Notes under the pieces: generated by a model
The model's input: the letters and a program-made list of their open reading frames with translations, nothing else
Told to the model about the DNA's origin: nothing
Database searches by the model: none
Shown here: positions 12,280 through 24,582 of the stretch, in pieces
How the letters are laid out: each line of letters starts with the position of its first letter
How positions within the stretch are numbered: position 1 is the first letter of the stretch
NCBI GenBank assembly: GCA_965178125.1
Contig: OZ237750.1
Span: forward strand, 930,001 to 994,000
Source of the DNA: Bilabrum cf. latius
Taxonomy: Eukaryota
Length of the DNA stretch: 64,000 bases
Direction: 5' to 3'
Program-made: the position numbers and the translations under genes

Positions 12280-14850
12280 ATGGCCACGGGTCAGGATATG
12301 GCCCAGGGAGAAGGCTATTCTGGTGGAATCTTGTCTCAACTGATTGAAGGCAGTGATTCGAAGGACACTTCGGCTGCATAGCTGGCTACGGTGCTGAGTG
12401 AATAGTTGCTTGCAGTTGTAGTTGCAGGCGAAGATGCACTCGGGGGGACTGCAGGCGCACAAGTCAGACCTTCCGATGCATAGCCAGCAGAAGACCAGCT
12501 TCATCGGCTGAAGCGGGATCTTGCGGATCGAGGCGTGCCCGAAGATACCTTGGCCATTGTGCAGGATGCAATCGATAGGGTTTCACAGTCACACGCGAGC
12601 ACGACGCGCAAGTGCACAATGCTAGAGGCAGCCGTGTAGCGCTCCATTGAAGGTGTTGAAGCGTCGCTGCCTGCTCTGAAGAAACTGGCCGACGCCGTCG
12701 AGCAGGACCACGTGGAGGCCAGGGCGAGCATGGCTGAACTGGTGCAGCTCAAGGACCAGGACAGAGAGCTCCGGGCGGCCAGGGCCCGCATCGAACAGCT
12801 CGAGGCACAAGCTGACGCCCAAGTGGAAGAGAGAGTGTCGGAACGAAGCGAGGAGATGCGCATAGTGTTCGCCGAGGAGATCGCTGCACTGAGGGAGGGC
12901 GAGCGAGCAGCGGAGAGCAGGCAGAAACAGGCAGAGGAAGAGGCCGCGCAGGCGAGAGCCCAGCTGGACCGCGCCGCTGCCTCTCACTAGCAAGAGCTGC
13001 AGCGCCTGCAGTCGGACCTCAGGGCGAGCATGACCCGCGTGGAGGCAGCCGAGGCAGGTGCGCGAGGGGCGCAGGCGGGCGAGCAGGCCGCCAAGGAGGC
13101 GCTGCTCGCGATGCAGCAGCGGGAGCGATCCATCGACGGAGATGGGAACGATGTGCCTGGGGCCGGCGGGGGAGAAGGTGAGTAGGCTCTGCGAGCCGAA
13201 GCTGCCTCATGGTCGCAGGAGAGGAGGAGGCTACTGGAGGACCTTGAACAGGCAGAGGCGGAGGCTGACCGGCAGAGGGAGGCCGCGCGGGGGGCGGATC
13301 GGCGGGCTGCAGCAGCCACAGATGCACTCTAGGAGGCCTAGGAGGCGCGCAGTCGGGAGGCAGAGGGGCTCAGGGAACAAATACGGGGGTTACCGTCGAG
13401 GTCCGAGGTGGAGGGGCTCCGGGGGGAGCTGGAGGCTCTTTAGAACGCGGTAGCGGGTTCAGGGGAGCAAGTCGACGAGGGTGAGGACGAAGATGGCGAT
13501 GGAGATAGCGATGGGGGCAAAAGTGGTACGCCCAAGGGAAAGGCGGGCGGCTCCCCGCTGGCTAGGTTCGCGGCCCGCATCCGCCAGCTCGAGTCGAAGC
13601 TGGTGTCATGCAGGCGCGACCTCGCCCAGGAGAAGGAGGGCAGGTCTCGCGCGGAGGAGCAGTCGCTGGCGTTGCAGGATGAGGCAGGCGATCTGCGGGG
13701 CCTGGTGGCTCGGCTGGAGCGGGACGTGTCCTTGCTGAGCAGCGCCAGGGACCTGAGACCGAGCGGGCGAGATGGCAAGGAGAAGAGCGAGGAGAAATCG
13801 GAGCGCCGGTCCGGGGGCTCCGGGGCAGCTGCCGAAGGGAAGGACGAGCAGCCGAGAGGCGCTGCAACGATGAAGGAAACAGGGTCGGCTGGCGCCGACG
13901 TGCTGGCTCGGGTGGTCGGGGGGCAAACTGCCAAGGAGGCGACCGTTGTCCCCCAGCCCGTTCCCCAGGCTACCAGCGGAGGATCAAGATCACAGGAAGG
14001 GGCCCGGGAGCAGGGCCCGACGGACGATCCCGCGGGTGCCTCCCTCGGTTAGGTAGGCCTCGCGATCAGGGCGCAGCGGGACCGGTTCAGGGAACAAGTG
14101 CTCGAGCTCGAGGAGCGGCTGGCGAGTGCGGAGGACGACGCGAGGGCGGCTCGTCGAAGGCAGGAGTCCTTGCGGGAGGAGAGCGTGCGGCTGTACCAGA
14201 AGGTCAAGTTCCTGGAGAGTGTGAGGGGATTCAGCGGCGGGAGGGGGGCGCTGGCAGCGCCCTCGCCCATCCTCGACAGCGAAGAGGGCGAGGTGGAGGG
14301 GGTGGGCGGCACCGAATCGGGGCTGGGAGGCAGGCGATCGGGGTCTAGCGGGGCTGGTTTGAGCGACGGGCCGATCGGTGCGGCTGCGGCAAGGACGAGT
14401 GGTCGTGGTGGCGGTGGTGCAGAGGACGAGGCGGAGGCGGGGGAAGTCTCCCGGGGCGCGAGGACGTCTGCCTCCGGGAATGAGCGAGCGGCACAGGACT
14501 AGCAACTGCTGCGAAAGTACGAGGCAATCTACGACCGCCGCTCGAACCCGTTCTAGACGTTCAAGCGGCGGGAGAGGCAGCGCAGGGAAGCCAACCTCAA
14601 CGCTCTCGACAGGGGCGCTCTCCTGTGCGCCAAGGCGCTGGCGCACAGCCGGCTGGCCCGCATCATCGTTGCGATCTATCTGGTGGTGCTGCACGTGCTG
14701 GCTCTCGCCGTGGTGCTCACGCTGGCGCACCATGACACGAGGTCGAACGTCCCCAAGGGGCCCATCGGGCTCTCGCGGGTGCAGGGTCCCGGGCAGTCGG
14801 GTTTGCCCGCAGGGACGCAGTCCATCCTGGATGGGGCGGATGCTACGTGA
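12280..14850 (+). CDS. CASP (CUX1 alternatively spliced product / Coy1-like) golgin, coiled-coil with C-terminal TM helix
   Basis: Single frame from ATG 12280 to TGA 14848-14850 with 12 in-frame TAGs. CASP C-terminal signatures: AQRDRFREQVLELEERL, VRLYQKVKFLES, YEAIYDRRSNPF*TFKRRERQR, and TM helix ARIIVAIYLVVLHVLAL with the Y and H typical of this family. Confidence 0.85.
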
Positions 14851-15025
14851 TAGAAGCGGTTGCTGCATTGCCGCATGAAGATTTTCTTGTTGTGCAACAT
14901 GCTGTGCCTTGGGCTGCTGTGCCTCCTCGTTTACATGTTCCGCAATTGCTTGCGCGGCGACATTCGTCGGACGCTGACGCGTAGTACCGCGCGACACATC
15001 CCACACGCAGCTCTGACCAGGTAAC

Positions 15026-16136
15026 ATGCGCCTTTTTTCGTTTCTTGTGAAAGGAGATGAATCTCGCAAGATTGGTGTCGGTGGTGACGCGGAAGACACC
15101 CTGATTGTGGATGTAACGTCGAAGATCCCGACCATGCGCCGTGCCCTCGGTGCTGTCTCCGGCGACTCTGGCGCTACCAAGGAAGAGCTGGCAGCTGCCG
15201 AAGAATTTAAGGCGATTGCATCTGCACTGTCGAAGGGTGGTGCACCTGAGGGTGCTTTGAAGCAGTCGGACGTGCAGATCCTCGCTCCCGTCCAGCCGGT
15301 GAGAGGATGGGACTAGTTATTGTTCAAGGAAGCTTTCGGTCGCTTTACATATTTATCCCATTGGCGTAACTTTGTGTATTTCTTCATAATTCTCGCAGGA
15401 TGACGGCGAGAAGGTGTTTTGCGTCGGTATGAACTATAAGATGCACTGCGAGGAGCAAGGCTTCCCGATTCCCACCGAGCCAGTTATTTTCAGCAAGGTG
15501 CCATCGGCCATTTCTAACCCTGGCGATCCTATCTACAAATCCCCTGGCACGAGCGAGCTGGACTTCGAGGTGGAGCTTGCTATCGTGATCGGAGCCACGT
15601 GCAAGCACGTGCGCCGGGACGACGCGATGAAGTACGTCGCGGGGTACACGGTCGCGCACGACGTGTCGATGCGAGACTGGCAGCTAAAGAAGAACTCGGG
15701 CCAGTGGGGCATGGGCAAGGCCTTCGATCACTCTGCGCCTCTCGGGCCGTCTGTGGTGACCGTGGACACGCTCGGCGATCCGCACAAGCTGCAGCTTTCC
15801 TGCGTGCTGAACGGAGAGACGGTTCAGGACAGCAACACGAGTGATTTGATTTTTGACACGGGCTACGTGCTGGAGTGGATCACTCAGTTCATCACGCTGT
15901 CGCCGGGTGACATTATCCTCACAGGCACGCCCCAGGGGGTGGGCTGCTTCAGGAAGCCACCTCTCTGGCTCAAGGCAGGGGATGAGGTGACCTGCAAGAT
16001 CGAAAAGATCGGGTCCATCACCAACAAGGTCGAGGACGAGAAGGTGCCGGAGGGAGCCCCCGTGCTCAAGCACGCCGCCTCGGCTGCGGCGGGCGGAGCC
16101 GGCGGCGGCGCTGCTGCCGGCGGTGCAGACGACTGA
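15026..16136 (+). CDS. FAHD2: Fumarylacetoacetate hydrolase domain-containing protein (FAHD2-like)
   Basis: Exons 15026-15298 and 15399-16136 with a phase-0 GT..CAG intron. Motifs KVFCVGMNY, LDFEVELAIVIG, YTVAHDVSMRDWQ, GKAFD, ITLSPGDIILTGTPQGVG. Ends at TGA; no internal TAG. Confidence 0.9.
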
Positions 16137-16369
16137 TGCTGCCAGTGCGCTCGACGTCTACGCGGTCAATGGGCGCGCATTTCTGAGTGCATGCAATCAA
16201 GCGTGGTAAAAATATAATTACTAAACACCAGCATTGCACAAATCGATACTTTGTTCTTGTTGCGAGCACAATCCGGAATTTGAGTGCTTTCAAAGTTTTG
16301 CGACCAACTGCGCGGCGGCAGCACCAAATCGCGAAACAGCCACTTATCTTCTGGGCTCAGCAGCTTCCT

Positions 16370-19300
16370 ATGGAATCGCAGCCCAGCAGTACGACCACGC
16401 GACAGCATGCAAGATCATCATTACCAGGAGATGTGGAGGCCAGAGCCGCTGGAGTAGGCAGGGGTTTCGCGGGGGCCACGGTCATGCCGTCAGAAAGTTC
16501 CGATGTCAGCAAGACCAGCCCGAAGCGGGCGTCCCAGCCAGGCGCGCCAGAATTCCATATGTAGCAAATGTGGCAGCAAGAGGGATGGAACAATGTAGGT
16601 GGCGCTCAGTACGGAGCAGAGATGCCTGGCTTCCCAAATTATGGCTAGTAGTTCGGCATGAGCAACGGCCAGATGAGCATGGGTTCAGACGGCGGTGGCA
16701 TGGCCCCATTTCCCATCAATACAATGGGAGAAGGAGAGATGGCGGGTATGGGCGCCGGTATGGGCGGGATGGGCACAGGCGCCGGGCCCTCCGAGCCGGC
16801 TGCGTCACAAGACTAGCCGGGCGACGGGGATGCCGATGATGACATAGGAATGGAAGGAGCCTCGCAGTATTTTGGCAGTGATGATGGTGAGGAGGATGAA
16901 AAGCTTGCAGGGGACGGGACGCTGGAGACTCCCGCTGTGTCGCACGGGCGCGCTCGACGGCCGTTCGGCGGAGGCTCTGGCGCTGCCGCGCGGCACAGGG
17001 AAGCGAGCGAAATGGCAGCCGTTGCGGGCAGGACAACGTCTAGAGACAATGATAATGACGATGGCCGGGACGAGCGCGCTGCACTAGAGGAAGGCCTCCG
17101 AGCCGGCAGCCAGGCCTCCAGCAGCCGCTCCGGCTCCCGGTCGGGCAGGGGGAGCGGGCGAGACAGCAGGCCGAGCGGCAGCGGCCGTCAGTACGACGAG
17201 GAGGATGAGGAGGATGAGGGGGACGGCGAGCTTTCGGAAGACGGTAGCGGTGGCTCGTCGGGTTCCTCTGCGTCTTCGAAGGAGCAGATCGATCGGATGG
17301 ACCGCATGTCGGACCAGGAGATCGAGAAGAGAGGCCTGAGCAGGAGGCTGAGCTTCAGGCGGAAGCGTCTCGCAGACGATGCACTTAGCTACTACGAGAG
17401 CCGAGAGAGTGTGCTGATGCTGGATTACACCCCTTGCATCTGCAAGCGGCCCATCGACCTGCACACGCCGCTTCGAGTGCTCAGGCAGTCGCGCCGCATC
17501 CGGGTGCTAATCTGCGTCACCTGCTACAACGAGGACGGTGACGAGCTGAACCGGACTCTGAGCGGGATCGCCAGCAATCTGGACGCTTGGGAGCAGCAAG
17601 GCGTGGACTGGCGCGACGTGGCGGTGTGCGTGGTGTACGATGGCCGTGACCGCATGGACAAGCAGATGCAGGACTACCTCGAGAGAAAGATCCACGTCTT
17701 CGACAGCGACATGCTGCTGGCCACGCATAAGAACAACCCCGTGACCATGCACCTCTTCGAAAAGACCGTGTCTCTGGTGAAGCACGAGTCCCAGCGGGAG
17801 CACTACCAGCCCCTGCAGCTGATCATCGCGGTCAAGGAGCTAAACGCAGGCAAGCTGTCCTCGCACAACTGGTTCTTCGCGGGGTTCTGCAGGCAGGTGC
17901 AGCCCGAGTTCGTGTTCTTAGTGGACGTGGGCACGGTGCCCGACGAGACTGCCATGGTGGAGCTGTTCAACAGCATGGTTGATAACCCCCAGGTGGGAGG
18001 CGTGTGCGGGGAGATCATCCCCAGGGAGTGAGAGCCACGCGCCACGACCAGTGCCCGTCCGATTGTTGCATTGCATCGTCCCGTAGCCCTGTTGCCCCCC
18101 GCGGGCCTCGAACGACTGCGCTTACCCTGTCCACTGTCCAACTGTTCGTTGCAGGCCCAAGCTGTACAACTTCGTGGAGGCGAGCCAGACGTTCGAATAC
18201 GCCGTTAGCCACTCGCTGGATAAGGCTTTCGAGTCTATCTTCGGATTCGTGTCTGTGCTGCCCGGCGCTTTTTCTGGTGAGCCGAGTCGCGGGTCGATTT
18301 GAAGACAGTTGACCTGCTGTGGTGTCACCACAACCCTGGGTCATCTCTGCACCCGATCGGCTGCGCCTGTGTTTCTCTTCCTTCCGCCGCAGCGTACCGC
18401 TGGGAGGCCATCCGCGGCGGGCCCCTCAATGCCTACTTCAAGCTGGAAGAGGCGTCGGTGGCCTAGCTGGGAGCCTTCACCGCCAATATGTACCTGGCAG
18501 AGGACAGGTGAGACGAGCAGTGGCTGGACATGAACGAATGCGCGGATATTCTCCCAGACCTGCAGGCGAATGCGCGTGTCTACCGTTTTTAATCCGCAGG
18601 ATATTGTGCTTTGAGATTGTAGCGAAGCGCAACTGTAACTACACGGTGAGGCACGCAGGCCCCACGCTGACTCGACATTGCGATGGCTGCCTGTGCATAC
18701 CACATACGTGCCCGACTCGCTTTGCTCATCGCAGCTGCACTTCAACCACTCTGCTGCCGCGTACACGGACATCCCCGGTGACTTGGTGTCGCTAGTTAAG
18801 CAGCGGCGCCGATGGTTGAACGGTTCGTTTATGGCTCTCCTGTACTACGTGCAGAGCTTCCCGTGAGCCTGATGCCAATCTGCAGCATGCATGCACTAGG
18901 TCCCAATCCTGGGACCTTGCACGAGCGATATGTTTCTTGTCGCAGCTGCCTATCACCATGAACCCATTGCCGCGCTCCTCTATCGCAGACGCCTGCTTCG
19001 TCGGAGCGAGCACTCGTTCATTCGTAGGATCGCGCTGACCCTGTAGTTCATGTGGTTCATCACTTAGATTGGGTTAACGTGGTTCGGCATCGGTTCCCTG
19101 TTCCTCAGTTTCGTGATCATCTTCAACAACGCATTCGACCAGCTCGGGGGCGCGGGTCCAACTATGCAGCTGATCTTCTACTGCTCCTACTTCCTCATCA
19201 CGCTGTGGCTGCTCCTGCTCGCCCTCGGTTCCAGGGTGGGAGATGCAAGCGTCCTGTACTACACGGCCAGTCTGGGGTACGGCCTGCTCACCTACGTGGC

Positions 19301-22106
19301 CCTTGTGCTCAGCGGTTGGCACCTGTCCTCGGGCCGACTGCCGCTGCTCGTGCTCTTCGCAGCCATCGCCACCTTCGCTTCGTACGCACTGGTCGCGCTC
19401 CTGCACGGGCAACTTGTCCGGGTGCTTGTGACGATGCCACAGTATTTTTTCATGATCCCGAGCTATCTAAGCACCTTGAGCATTTTTGCCTTCTCGAACC
19501 TGAACGACATTTCTTGGGGAACTCGGGAGGGCAGCACCAAGGCGCTGCTCACGAGGGTGGAGAGGAAGGCCAAGCCGGGCCAGAGGGACGTCCGCATTAA
19601 GGACGTGGAGAGGCAGCGGCAGCAGTTCTTCGACATTGTGAAGGGCGCGGGAGGCGGATAGGCTGCTCCCGATGGCCAGGGAGGTGCCTTTTAGCCCATG
19701 CAACCGCTTGGAGGGGGGTATGGCGGCATGGGGATGGGCGGGTATGGAATGGGCGGCATGGGGATGGGAATGGGTTACGGAGACGCAGCCATGATGGGAG
19801 GCTGGGGTATAGATCCATACGGAGGAAACTAGGGAATGGGCATGGATGGAATGGGTATGGATGGGATGGGCATGGGAGCGGCGGGGTATGACCAATCGGG
19901 TGTAGTCGATACCGGCATGGCAGCCGGAGGCATGGCTGGCGGTTACGATGGCGCTGTTGCACAGCAGTAGAGCCAAGGACTGCAGGTGGGCCAGGGCGGG
20001 GGTGCTGCCTCAGCAGCCATGGGACTGGAGATGCCTAGCCAGCAACAGGCTTGGGGCACTGCCAATCCGGTGGGCGGCTTGGCCTCCATGGAGGAGACTG
20101 AGGAGGACGTGCACCCGTTCAACGAAGCCGATGCGGGTGGGGTTGGTATGGAGGAGGAGGTGGATGGAGAAGAGGAGGGGGGGGAAGAGGAGGGCGAAGA
20201 TGAGACCTCCTCCTCGGAGGAAGACGAGTCCTCGAGCGAAGACGAGGAGGACAGCGTGGAGGTAGAAGACATGTCTGCCGAGCAGAAGCTCAGGAGACTC
20301 GCGGCCCTGGAGGAGGAGCGCACAACACAGGCCGAGGAGGCCCGCCGCCGCAGCGCGCTGGATCACGAGCGGAGGGAGATGGAAAGAGATTTCGCGTCCT
20401 TCCGCACTCGCACGTTGAGTCTGTGGCTAGGGACGAACTGGATCTACATTAGCATCATCCTCGCTTTCGATGGCCTCATCGAATGGTTCGCGGTGGCGAT
20501 CGCTTTCGTAATCTTCTACAGTCTCATGGTCCGGACCATTGGGTCTATGCTGTACTCGCTGGAGAAGGCCTTCAAGTGGTGCTGGGGCAGGTGCTGCGGC
20601 AGGTGTTGCCCGGGCATCTGCTGCTGGGAGGCGCACCGCATGACTCGCAAGAAGGAAGCCTACCGCTCCAACCGCAAGCGAGGCATCGTGGGCGGAGAGA
20701 GTGATGATGACTCGGACAGCTACTTCTCAGGGGATACGGGCGATGACGCGGGGGCGTGGGCGCGACCGGAAGCGTTCGAAGACTACTATGGAGGTGGTGA
20801 CCTGGAGCTGCCGCCGGGTGGCGGGGACAGCCCTCTGCCCATCGACCAGGTGTTCTCAAAAGAGGCGCTCACCCAACCCGCCGAGCCTGCCGCTGTGCCT
20901 GGAGAGTACGAGGAGTCGAAGGAGGCGTACGACCCGCAGGTGCATGGCATGGCGGTGGAGGACGCGGCTGAAGACGAGCCGGTGACTGACTTGACCGCGG
21001 CCTTGGGCAGAGGCAAGCGCACGGCAGAGGGCGTGCTCAACAAGATCAAGAACGTGGGCGACGAGAAGGCGGCCATCGATGTGAAGGGTGGCAGCTAGCA
21101 GAACGGTGGTGAAGAATAGGAAGGGACCATCGACATCAGTGCGGCTCTCAACAGAGGCAAGCGCACCACCACCGGCGTGCTGGCCAAGATCCGCCGAGTG
21201 GGCAGCGATGGCAATCTGGAGATCGAGGAAGGCAAGGGGAAGAGATCCGGAAAGAGTGGTGGCGCAAGTGCCAAGAGCAAGAAGAAAGAAAAGTCTAGCG
21301 CGTCTCAACTCGAGGAGGAAGGGACCATCGACATCAGTGCGGCTCTCAACAGAGGCAAGCGCACCACCACCGGCGTGCTGGCCAAGATCCGCCGAGTGGG
21401 CAGCGATGGCAATCTGGAGATCGAGGAAGGCACAGGGAAAGGCACTGGCGCGACCACGAGCGGAAGGAGCAAGAAGAGCAAGAAGAAGGGCCGCAGGAGG
21501 AGCTCAGCGGCCATGGCCGCAGCAGCCTCCCCGCAAGAGGAGGAAGGTGTGATCGACCTGACGGCTGCGCTGGGGCGGGGCAAGCGCACCACCAAGGGTG
21601 TGCTGGCCAAGATCCAGAGGGTGGGTAGCAAGCGCGTGCTCGTGATGGAGCTTGAGGAAAGCGAGGGCAAGCAAGGCAAGCCTCCCAAGAAGTCTAAGAA
21701 GCATAAGGGCAAGCACAAAGGCAAGGGCAAGCGCAGGTCAAGCGCGGCTGCAGGACGCAAGGCAGCCGAGGCTGCAACTGAGGCGGCCGGCAGAGGCGCC
21801 TCAAGTCCAAAGAAATCATCCCCGCTGCGGCCTGCTGTCGTGGTCCCGGTGGGCACTGACAGCCCAGGCTCCCCAGAGCGCTCCATTGAGAGCAACACGG
21901 GCCGGTGGGAGTCCGCCGCGGCGAGCGGCGAGGTGTCCGTGCAGATGGACCCGGTCGCTGCCCTGATGGCGGGGTCGCATGTAGACGACGGTGGCGCGGC
22001 GGGGGGGTCTCCTAGGGCGGGGCAGGCGCGCGACGAAGTAGAGAGCTCTGTGGTCGACGTGCACGAGGTCAAAGATGTCACCAACGAGCTGGAACTGGGC
22101 TCGTGA
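16370..22106 (+). CDS. Chitin synthase (GT2) with intact catalytic motifs
   Basis: Exons ~16370-18027, 18155-18276, 18393-18507, 18600-18645, 18735-18862, 18989-22106 (five GT-AG introns). Motifs [73 protein letters not shown], followed by TM helices. 13 in-frame TAGs; ends at TGA. The start codon is tentative. Confidence 0.92.
21118..21432 (+). repeat. Perfect 117-bp direct duplication (21118-21234 and 21316-21432) in the chitin synthase C-terminal tail
   Basis: Both copies read AGGAAGGGACCATCGACATC...GAGATCGAGGAAGGCA, 198 nt apart and in frame. Diverged copies of the encoded peptide ([19 protein letters not shown]) occur near 20990 and 21555. Confidence 0.9.
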
Positions 22107-22299
22107 GGGTCTACTTGATCGAGACTGCTTGAATTGCATGCGTGGTAAGCTGATACTCTGTCGAGCTCTTGCCTCACACCAGTGCACATTGGATCATGCA
22201 CGGCCGCCCATCCCAGGCAACCGGAATGACGCATAGTCCAGGGACAGCCCAATGCACGTCGCACGCTTTCGCATCCAACTGGCCTTCCCCTACACTGCT

Positions 22300-24462
22300 T
22301 CACTCGTCTGATGTGAACTTGGTGTGTAACCGCTGGGCCAGCTCCTTGCGCACGTCCTGCAAGGACGCCTCAGATGCGAGGTTGACGTATTCGAACTTAT
22401 TGAATGGGTCCTCGCCCCAGCTGGGGTCCTCGGTGTGGTCGTACAGCTCTGCGGTCAGCAAGCCGGCGGGCGACCAGTCCGCGTGGGCGGGTGCTCCCCC
22501 GGGCACGCCGGCGGTGTAGTTGCGCCATTCTGTGTACCTGTAGTCGTCCACGCGCACTGTGTATCCCACAGCCCGGAAGTCACCCTCCTCCTCGCCCATG
22601 CACGCGAACTTGTGCTCGAGCCAAGGAGCACTCGCGTTGGACAGGGGTCCGCTCCAGCACCGCGGGAACTGCGTGAAGGCGGCATCCTTGACACCCGCCT
22701 TGTTCCCTGGGTCCTTGAGCACGGGGACGAGGGAGTCACCCTGCACGCCCTGCTCCGGGGGCGGCATGGGGAGGCCGAGCAGGTCGGCCGTGGTCTTGTA
22801 GAGGTCGACCGCTTCTGCGAATGCCATGGTGCGCTTGCCCACCGACTCCTGGATCCAGGGGGCGCGGATGATGAAGGGGATCCGTGCGTCGGTCTCCCAC
22901 AGAGATTGCTTGGACCAACCGCCGTGCTCGGCCAGTTTCCATCCTGCGAGAGCGTGGGTGTGTTGTGTCAGAGAGCCGAACATGTGGCAGCTGTTGCATT
23001 GCACCTAAGGCCATAAGGGAATGTCGAGCGTGCCCCACACAGTGCGAGTCAGCGACTAAGCGTGCGGAACAGCGTGCATCGCGATAGGAGCACTCAGTCT
23101 TGCGTATCTCACCGTGATCTCCGATGAAGGTGACGGCCGTGTCATTGGCGAGCCCGAGCGCATCCAGCTCGTCCAGCACCATCCCGATCATGGCATCCAC
23201 GAAGTTCACCGCTGCGTAGTACCCCTGCCTGAGGCCAAGGGTGAGCTCTTTGCTGCACTCGCGGTAGGGCCCGAAGAAGTGCTTGGTCCCGTTGTACTCC
23301 TGCGGGACATCGAATCCGCAGGTCACGTAGTTGATCGGGCTGATGCCCTCCCCGATTGTGCGGGCACCTTGGTCAGGCATGGGGATGGCGCCGCTGTGAG
23401 GCTCGAACTTGTCGAAGAAGGACTGCGGCACGTGCCAGGGGATGTGCGGGCTGCGAAGAGAAGTGCGGAGCGCGGAAGAGGGGATGCATGGCATGGGGCG
23501 GAATGTGACGGATCCATGGATACACGGCGTGCTGCGTCCCGTTCTGCCGGGCGGCCTGGCTCACCGCCTAAACCCGGTGAAGATTGCGAACCCCATATCG
23601 TCGCCCTCGGACTTGTCCTGCTGCTCCTTGGCCCACTTGAGGTAGTGGATCGTCTCGTTGGCCAGGCGGTAGTCGAAGAACTGCGACAGGGGGCCGGACT
23701 GGGGACACAGGTGCCCGTTGTCGTCCACCTTGGTGCCCTTGGGGCAGCTCGCCTCGTCTGCATCAAACGGAAAGTATGGCAGCGCGGGCTCATCCGTGCC
23801 GGGGACCTTCTGAGACCAGGAATTGGGCTCGTCCCAGTTCGGGGGGCTTCCCGGGTGGAACCTGCGCGGGAAAACACCGAATGCTACGCATGGAGACTCG
23901 AGCGGTAGGGCCCAGGCTGGCCATCCACGGGGAGAAGCTCGCCCACAAGCGTAGTCACCTCACGTTTTCCCTAGGCCAAGAGTCAGAAAACCATTCTTCT
24001 TGAACCATTGCGGCCAAGAATCCCACTCGGATGCTGGAGGGATCCCTTTGGGATTTCCAGTGGCATTGCGAAACGATTCTTTAAAACTCATTATACCGGT
24101 CCGGTCCGGATACCGACCAGACATGAAAGAGTTGCTGCGGGCACAAGTAATGCAGGAGAGTTGGCAGCACGCCGTGCCGTACTAAAATCCGGTAGCGAGT
24201 CAGCAATGGTCGACAGCTGCCGCCATGTACGGTATATGCATGCTCACCGAGACGGGCTACACACCGTCTGCTGCACATAGCCGCGCTGGAACACGGTACC
24301 AGTAGCTGCAAGCTTGTCAACATTTGGCATGGGCATCGAGGCTCCGTACGGTGATAGGGACGCACGCAAATCATCCACAAAAATGGCCAAAAGATTCCGG
24401 CTGTGAGCTACCTGTGCAGCCACTAGCATGCAAGCACACACGGCTGCTAGGCTTGATCGCAT
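22300..24462 (-). CDS. Sulfatase, iduronate-2-sulfatase-like, with signal peptide
   Basis: ATG 24462 with a hydrophobic leader, then NLLAIFVDDLR, PNVDKLA, formylglycine motif CSPSR(N)SFMSGRYPD, GKT.FHP, PHIPW, YYAAVNFVDAMIG, GDHGWKLAEHGGWSKQS, YRYTEW, ELYDH. About four GT-AG introns. TGA at 22302-22300. Confidence 0.9.
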
Positions 24463-24582
24463 CGCCTTATCGGCGCGCCTTGGATCACGAATTGTGCCGC
24501 GAACGAAAATTACCACTGTCGCCGCGGCGCACACGGAAGTTCCGCATTTAAACTCAATTGGCCCGCTCCGGGCCGGCAGGCC

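Noticed and set aside
14848-14853. TGA TAG tandem (also 28092-28097) as evidence that TAG still acts as a backup stop
   Set aside because: There are only two cases, and the preceding TGA already terminates translation, so chance explains them.
21118-21432. CRISPR-like or mobile-element repeat
   Set aside because: It is an in-frame coding duplication in a eukaryotic gene, with no spacer array, terminal repeats or transposase.
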